This document shows, in pieces, positions 60,095 to 64,000 of a stretch of 64,000 nt of DNA. The DNA comes from Candidatus Bathyarchaeota archaeon. Its GTDB lineage: Archaea > Thermoproteota > Bathyarchaeia > Bathyarchaeales > Bathycorpusculaceae. Location of the stretch: the NCBI GenBank assembly GCA_963828195.1, contig CAWHDT010000007.1, forward strand, positions 270,864-334,863, given 5' to 3'. The notes beneath the pieces are model-generated. The model did not search any database. It was given only the letters and a program-made list of their open reading frames with translations, and was not told the DNA's origin. Both the position numbers and the translations under genes were made by a program. Within the stretch, counting starts at the first letter, position 1, and each line of letters begins with the position of its first letter.

Positions 60095-60117
60095 AAAATT
60101 CTCACATCCGCTTAATG

Positions 60118-60561
60118 TTAAACGCTGCTCATCAAGTTTTCGGAAATCTTTTTCCCTAAATCCTTACAGGCGCTAAGCATTTTTTCGTCAGGAACATACT
60201 TCACCAGTAAAGGTGGTTCAACAACGCGCATCTCAAACTTATTCTTCATAATTTCCAAAATAAGTCTGGGTGCTTCACCGCTCCAGCCGTATGAACCGAA
60301 TGTGGCACCGAATTTGCCCTTCAAATTTATGCCCTTCACAGCTACGTCTTCAAAAAGATTTTTGAAATCAATAGGCATCTCATGATGGTATGTGGGAACC
60401 CCAACAATTATAGCGTCAAAGCCAGATAGCTCTTCGGCGTCAACGTGAAAATTTAATTCTACCCTAATTTTATCGCCGATTTTTGCTCCCTCTGCCACCG
60501 CTGTCGCCATTTTTTCAGTATTCCCAGTTCGGCTGTAATATAAAACAAGAATTCCTGTCAT
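60118..60561 (-). CDS. Flavodoxin
   Basis: YYSRTGNTEKMA, GVPTY, FGSYGWSG. Confidence 0.9.
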   Translation of the reverse strand: MTGILVLYYSRTGNTEKMATAVAEGAKIGDKIRVELNFHVDAEELSGFDAIIVGVPTYHHEMPIDFKNLFEDVAVKGINLKGKFGATFGSYGWSGEAPRLILEIMKNKFEMRVVEPPLLVKYVPDEKMLSACKDLGKKISENLMSSV

Positions 60562-60643
60562 AAAACCAAGTAACAAAATGACCGTATTCCAATATTTGCC
60601 TTTCGGTCATCAAAAAGAAATCAAACTACGTAAAAAAAACGAT

Positions 60644-60856
60644 TCACTCTTTCCTTCCTCTGCTTTCTCCGCCTTTTCTTCCTATTTCCCTGAAGAATTC
60701 GGAACCTCGCTCCTCAGCCACTTTTTCTCCACCTTTCCTGCCGATCTCTCTGTAAAATTGTGGACCCCTTTCGCGAGCCACTTTTTCGCCGCCTTTTCTT
60801 CCAGCTTCTTCATGTGTCATCTTCCTTTTCGCTTCGCTTCTAACTGCCAAAATCAT
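60644..60856 (-). CDS. GsiB/Em (LEA group 1, KGG repeat) hydrophilin
   Basis: 20-aa repeat GRKGGEKVARERGPQFYREI, three GRKGG units. Confidence 0.88.
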   Translation of the reverse strand: MILAVRSEAKRKMTHEEAGRKGGEKVARERGPQFYREIGRKGGEKVAEERGSEFFREIGRKGGESRGRKE

Positions 60857-61034
60857 TCACCTCCCATTATTTTCCCTGAAAAAAACTGTCTTGTTATCGT
60901 GTTATTTACTCAAAGATACCCTTTAAGCGTGTGTGTTATCAAAAAGCAATCACAAAAATATACATGACCCAGTTAACACTAAAATAATCATTAAACGCTA
61001 GAATAGAATTAAAGAAATCAGAGGATCAATTTAG

Positions 61035-61307
61035 CTATTCTATTTTTCCTATTTCTTTTGTTATGTCTATCGGCGACTTATAGGTTTTAGCGGGCAGCCT
61101 GTTTAACAGATCCATTACATCGTCTGGCGCATTTTTATCTTCTGCTTTATTGACCAACGCTTTTTTTTCTGCGGGGTAATGCATGCCAGCAAGAAATTTT
61201 TCTACTATAGCTGGGCTAACGTGGCCAGATTTTCCACTTCTGTTTGTGTATTGACGGCGTCCCCCAATGCCTGGATACCTGCTTGTTTGAGCTTCTTCCC
61301 TACTCGT
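61035..61307 (-). CDS. DUF2795 family protein (apparent ACG start, not in ORF track)
   Basis: 90 aa ending VSPAIVEKFLAGMHYPAEKKALVNKAEDKNAPDDVMDLLNRLPAKTYKSPIDITKEIG; GGAGGTGA RBS. Confidence 0.8.
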   Translation of the reverse strand, partial: TSREEAQTSRYPGIGGRRQYTNRSGKSGHVSPAIVEKFLAGMHYPAEKKALVNKAEDKNAPDDVMDLLNRLPAKTYKSPIDITKEIGKIE

Positions 61308-61364
61308 TGTCTTTCACCTCCAAATCTTAAACCATTTAAAAGGAAAAATAAAAAATTTTAAAAG

Positions 61365-61535
61365 TTATTCTACCTCGCGTGCCTTACCTTCTTCAACAAG
61401 TTTTCGAACTTTTTGCCCGCCTTTACTTCCTATCTCGCTGTAAAATTCAGAACCATGTTTCGCTAATGTCTTTTCTCCGCCCATCCGACCAGCCTCAGCA
61501 ACCGTCATCTTACCTTTCTTTTTTGATTCAACCAT
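61365..61535 (-). CDS. GsiB/Em-like KGG hydrophilin
   Basis: MTVAEAGRMGG...HGSEFYSEIGSKGG. Confidence 0.88.
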   Translation of the reverse strand: MVESKKKGKMTVAEAGRMGGEKTLAKHGSEFYSEIGSKGGQKVRKLVEEGKAREVE

Positions 61536-61832
61536 CACATCACCTCCAAACATAAGCTAACTAAAAATTTAGATAATTTCTTTAAAATTAAACTGGGAAG
61601 ACTCCCAGATACCCTCATTCTAATTAAGCTCGCACCAACTTTACTCACACTATGCTGCCATACTGCCTCACACGCATAAGAAATCTCGCCTATGACCTTC
61701 AGACTTTAACTGCTTTTCCGCCTGCATTCCGCCCAGCTTCGAAGCTGGATCTGGTTTCGTCAATGCATTTCACGTTCCTTATGAAAACAAGATTTATTTA
61801 GAATACGAAATGCTTAAAATTCAATAAACTTT

Positions 61833-62084
61833 CTACTTCTCTTCATATTCTTTTCCAGCCTGAATAAGCCTGCGAACTTTTTGCCCTCCTATATGCCCTG
61901 CTTCTTCAAGGCTTGTTTTCCCTCTGGCCTCCAGCGAACCTTCATGCTGCTTTGCTCGTTTCGATCCGCCTTTACTTCCTATCTCGCTGTAAAATTCAGA
62001 ACCATGAGTCTCAGACGTCTTTTCTCCGCCCATCCGACCAGCCTCAGCAACCGTCATCTTACCTTTCTTTTTTGATTCAACCAT
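61833..62084 (-). CDS. GsiB/Em-like KGG hydrophilin
   Basis: MTVAEAGRMGG...FYSEIGSKGG...SLEEAGHIGG. Confidence 0.88.
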   Translation of the reverse strand: MVESKKKGKMTVAEAGRMGGEKTSETHGSEFYSEIGSKGGSKRAKQHEGSLEARGKTSLEEAGHIGGQKVRRLIQAGKEYEEK

Positions 62085-62298
62085 CACATCACCTCCAAAA
62101 CACGTTTCCGCTTATTCCCCAAAACTCTACTATCTCCTCAATTTTCTAGCTGAACAAAACTTTTTAAACATATGTGGCTGTCAAAGCACAGTAACAACAA
62201 AAATAAGAAAATTTAACTCAGAAATGAAGTTTTAACTTTACATTCGGTTAAAAGCAGAATTTTAGATCCGCCCTCAAAGTTAACTAAGAAAGCGATGT

Positions 62299-62493
62299 TT
62301 ACTCTTCTTCACGGGCTTTTCCTTCCTCTATAAGCCTGCGAACTCTTTGACCGCCTTTAGGTCCTCCAATCTTTCCACCCTTGCGGCCTATTTCGCTGTA
62401 GAATTCTTCTCCATGGGTTTCCGCTGTCCTAAGTCCGCCTCTTCGTCCAGCCTCCGCAACGGTCATCTTGCCTTTTTTCTCATTCCTTGCCAC
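62299..62493 (-). CDS. GsiB/Em-like KGG hydrophilin
   Basis: MTVAEAGRRGG...HGEEFYSEIGRKGG. Confidence 0.88.
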   Translation of the reverse strand: MARNEKKGKMTVAEAGRRGGLRTAETHGEEFYSEIGRKGGKIGGPKGGQRVRRLIEEGKAREEE

Positions 62494-62571
62494 TATTTCA
62501 CCTCCCGTTTAAAAGTTAAGTATTTGATATCAAAAGAGCGGGAATTGACCTGTGATCACAAAAAATAGATT

Positions 62572-62883
62572 TTATTCTTCTTCGCGTTCCTTGCCCGCTT
62601 GGATTAGTTTTCGGACTCTTTGTCCACCCCGATGCCCTGCTTCTTCAAGACTTGTTTTTCCTCTTGCTTCTATCGCGCCTTCATGCTGCTTCGCCCTTTC
62701 AGACCCACCCTTGCTTCCTATCTCGCTATAGAATTCTGGACCGCGCTCCGAAGAAACTTTCTCGCCGCCTTTACGTCCAATCTCCTCGTAAAACTCTCGA
62801 CCATGAGTTTGAGCCGTTTTTTCTCCGCCTTTCCTTCCTGCTTCAGCGACGGTCATCTTGCCTTTTTTTTCACGTGTACTCAA
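62572..62883 (-). CDS. GsiB/Em-like KGG hydrophilin
   Basis: AGRKGG..FYEEIGRKGG..FYSEIGSKGG..AGHRGG; TTG start after GGAGGTGA. Confidence 0.88.
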   Translation of the reverse strand: MSTREKKGKMTVAEAGRKGGEKTAQTHGREFYEEIGRKGGEKVSSERGPEFYSEIGSKGGSERAKQHEGAIEARGKTSLEEAGHRGGQRVRKLIQAGKEREEE

Positions 62884-63123
62884 AAAATTCACCTCCTACT
62901 AAAACATCGCAAAAGTTGTTGATATAAACTGCCGAATAACCGCTCATAAACCTATGTGATTGTACCGTAACAGTAACATGCTAACTAATTAAAAGGGAAG
63001 ATGATTTCTTATGAACATTTACACAAAAAACAGGTTATAGTATGAACATGCGTTGAGAAGTTGATTCAGAAGTTTAATTTAAATATCTCGGACAGGTCAA
63101 CTTTAGAATCATTGGTAACCCGA

Positions 63124-64000
63124 ATGAAAGTGCTTCTCATTAATCCGCCACAAATATTTTATCGAGGCTCTGAACAGCCCTCAGGCAATTTGCCTCTTGG
63201 TTTAATGTACATCGCAGCGACGCTGGAGAAGGCAGGTTACAAAACAGAAATTTTAGATGCGTTTATGAGTGAAGAATTATTCGTCAAAAAAGGCGAAGCG
63301 GTAAACGTTGGCATGCCGTTTGATCGCATAAAGCAGGAAATTTACAGTCGCAAACCCGACATTGTTGGCGTAGCGGGACCATTCACTTGCCAAATTGGAA
63401 ACTCGGTTAAAATAAGCAACCTAGCAAAAGAGGTTGATCAAAACATTTTGACAGTTGTGGGCGGTCCTCACGTCACGACGGTTCCAAAAGAGTTTCTTGA
63501 AGAAGCAAAAAGCGTTGACATCGCGGTGACTGGCGAAGGCGAATATGCAATGCCCGAAGTAGCGCAGTATTTTGAAGGCAAAAAGCAGTTAAGCGAAATT
63601 CTAGGCATTGCCTACCGCAAAAACGGAGAAATCAAAGTAAATTCGCCGAGGCCTTTCATCGAAAACTTGGATGAGCTTCCCTACCCAGCTTACGACTTGG
63701 TAGATATGGAGAAGTACCTGAGCCCAAAAAAGATAGGGTACCGCAGCTTCAGAACTCGGGCGATCTCAATGATTACGAGCAGGGGCTGCCCCTTTAACTG
63801 CTGTTTCTGCTCAGTCCACCTGCACATGGGAAAGCGGTTCAGAGCACACTCCGCTAACTACGTGCTTAACCATATCCAGTTTGTTGTTGAAAAGTTTGAC
63901 GTAAAGAACGTTTTTTTTGAAGATGACAACTTAACTTTTGACTTAGCAAGGTTCGAAGCCATCTGCGACGGCTTAATCGAGAAAAAAACCAAGATCGGGT
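63124..64000 (+). CDS. Cobalamin-binding radical SAM protein (runs off the window end)
   Basis: MKVLLINPP...PLGLMYIAA...GGPHVT...TSRGCPFNCCFC...FEDDN. Confidence 0.9.
   Translation, partial: MKVLLINPPQIFYRGSEQPSGNLPLGLMYIAATLEKAGYKTEILDAFMSEELFVKKGEAVNVGMPFDRIKQEIYSRKPDIVGVAGPFTCQIGNSVKISNLAKEVDQNILTVVGGPHVTTVPKEFLEEAKSVDIAVTGEGEYAMPEVAQYFEGKKQLSEILGIAYRKNGEIKVNSPRPFIENLDELPYPAYDLVDMEKYLSPKKIGYRSFRTRAISMITSRGCPFNCCFCSVHLHMGKRFRAHSANYVLNHIQFVVEKFDVKNVFFEDDNLTFDLARFEAICDGLIEKKTKIG

Noticed and set aside
61575-61775. Possible sixth, decayed KGG gene (MTKPDPASKLGGMQAEKQLKSEGHRRDFLCV)
   Set aside because: Only a vague resemblance, short, and no clear RBS
60644-62892. CRISPR-like periodic repeats
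   Set aside because: The repeats are in-frame 60-nt coding units of KGG proteins, with no unique spacers and no cas genes

Overview
Archaeal genomic window. The gene content points to a TACK archaeon, most likely Bathyarchaeia (an inference): prefoldin beta, uS15-RecJ-Pcc1, Zn-ferredoxin, Tes, DGGGP synthase and GGAGGTGA ribosome-binding sites. There are four blocks. (1) 0-9.5 kb: housekeeping and ECF transporter genes, a PAC4-like gene and a DUF433/DUF5615 toxin-antitoxin pair. (2) About 9.6-36.7 kb: ether-lipid enzymes (Tes, DGGGP synthase, a Gms-like radical SAM/SPASM, two tandem B12-dependent radical SAMs, five glycosyltransferases, an epimerase) interleaved with duplicated and partly altered cobamide enzymes (2x CobS/CobY, CobT, CobZ, CobD, a CbiA lacking its glutaminase Cys, 2x DUF71/Dph6-like). 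(3) 36.9-45.8 kb: uS15/RecJ/Pcc1, a ribophorin-I-like protein, parvulin, UppP, CopA and a YHS chaperone. (4) 45.8-62.9 kb: a dense oxidative/redox-stress cluster ending in a tandem array of five GsiB/Em-like (20-aa KGG repeat) hydrophilin genes plus a DUF2795 gene. A bipartite non-coding repeat occurs in inverted orientation at about 6.9 kb and 39.2 kb. I saw no rRNA, tRNA, CRISPR array or transposase. All family calls come from motif recognition by eye, not from database searches.
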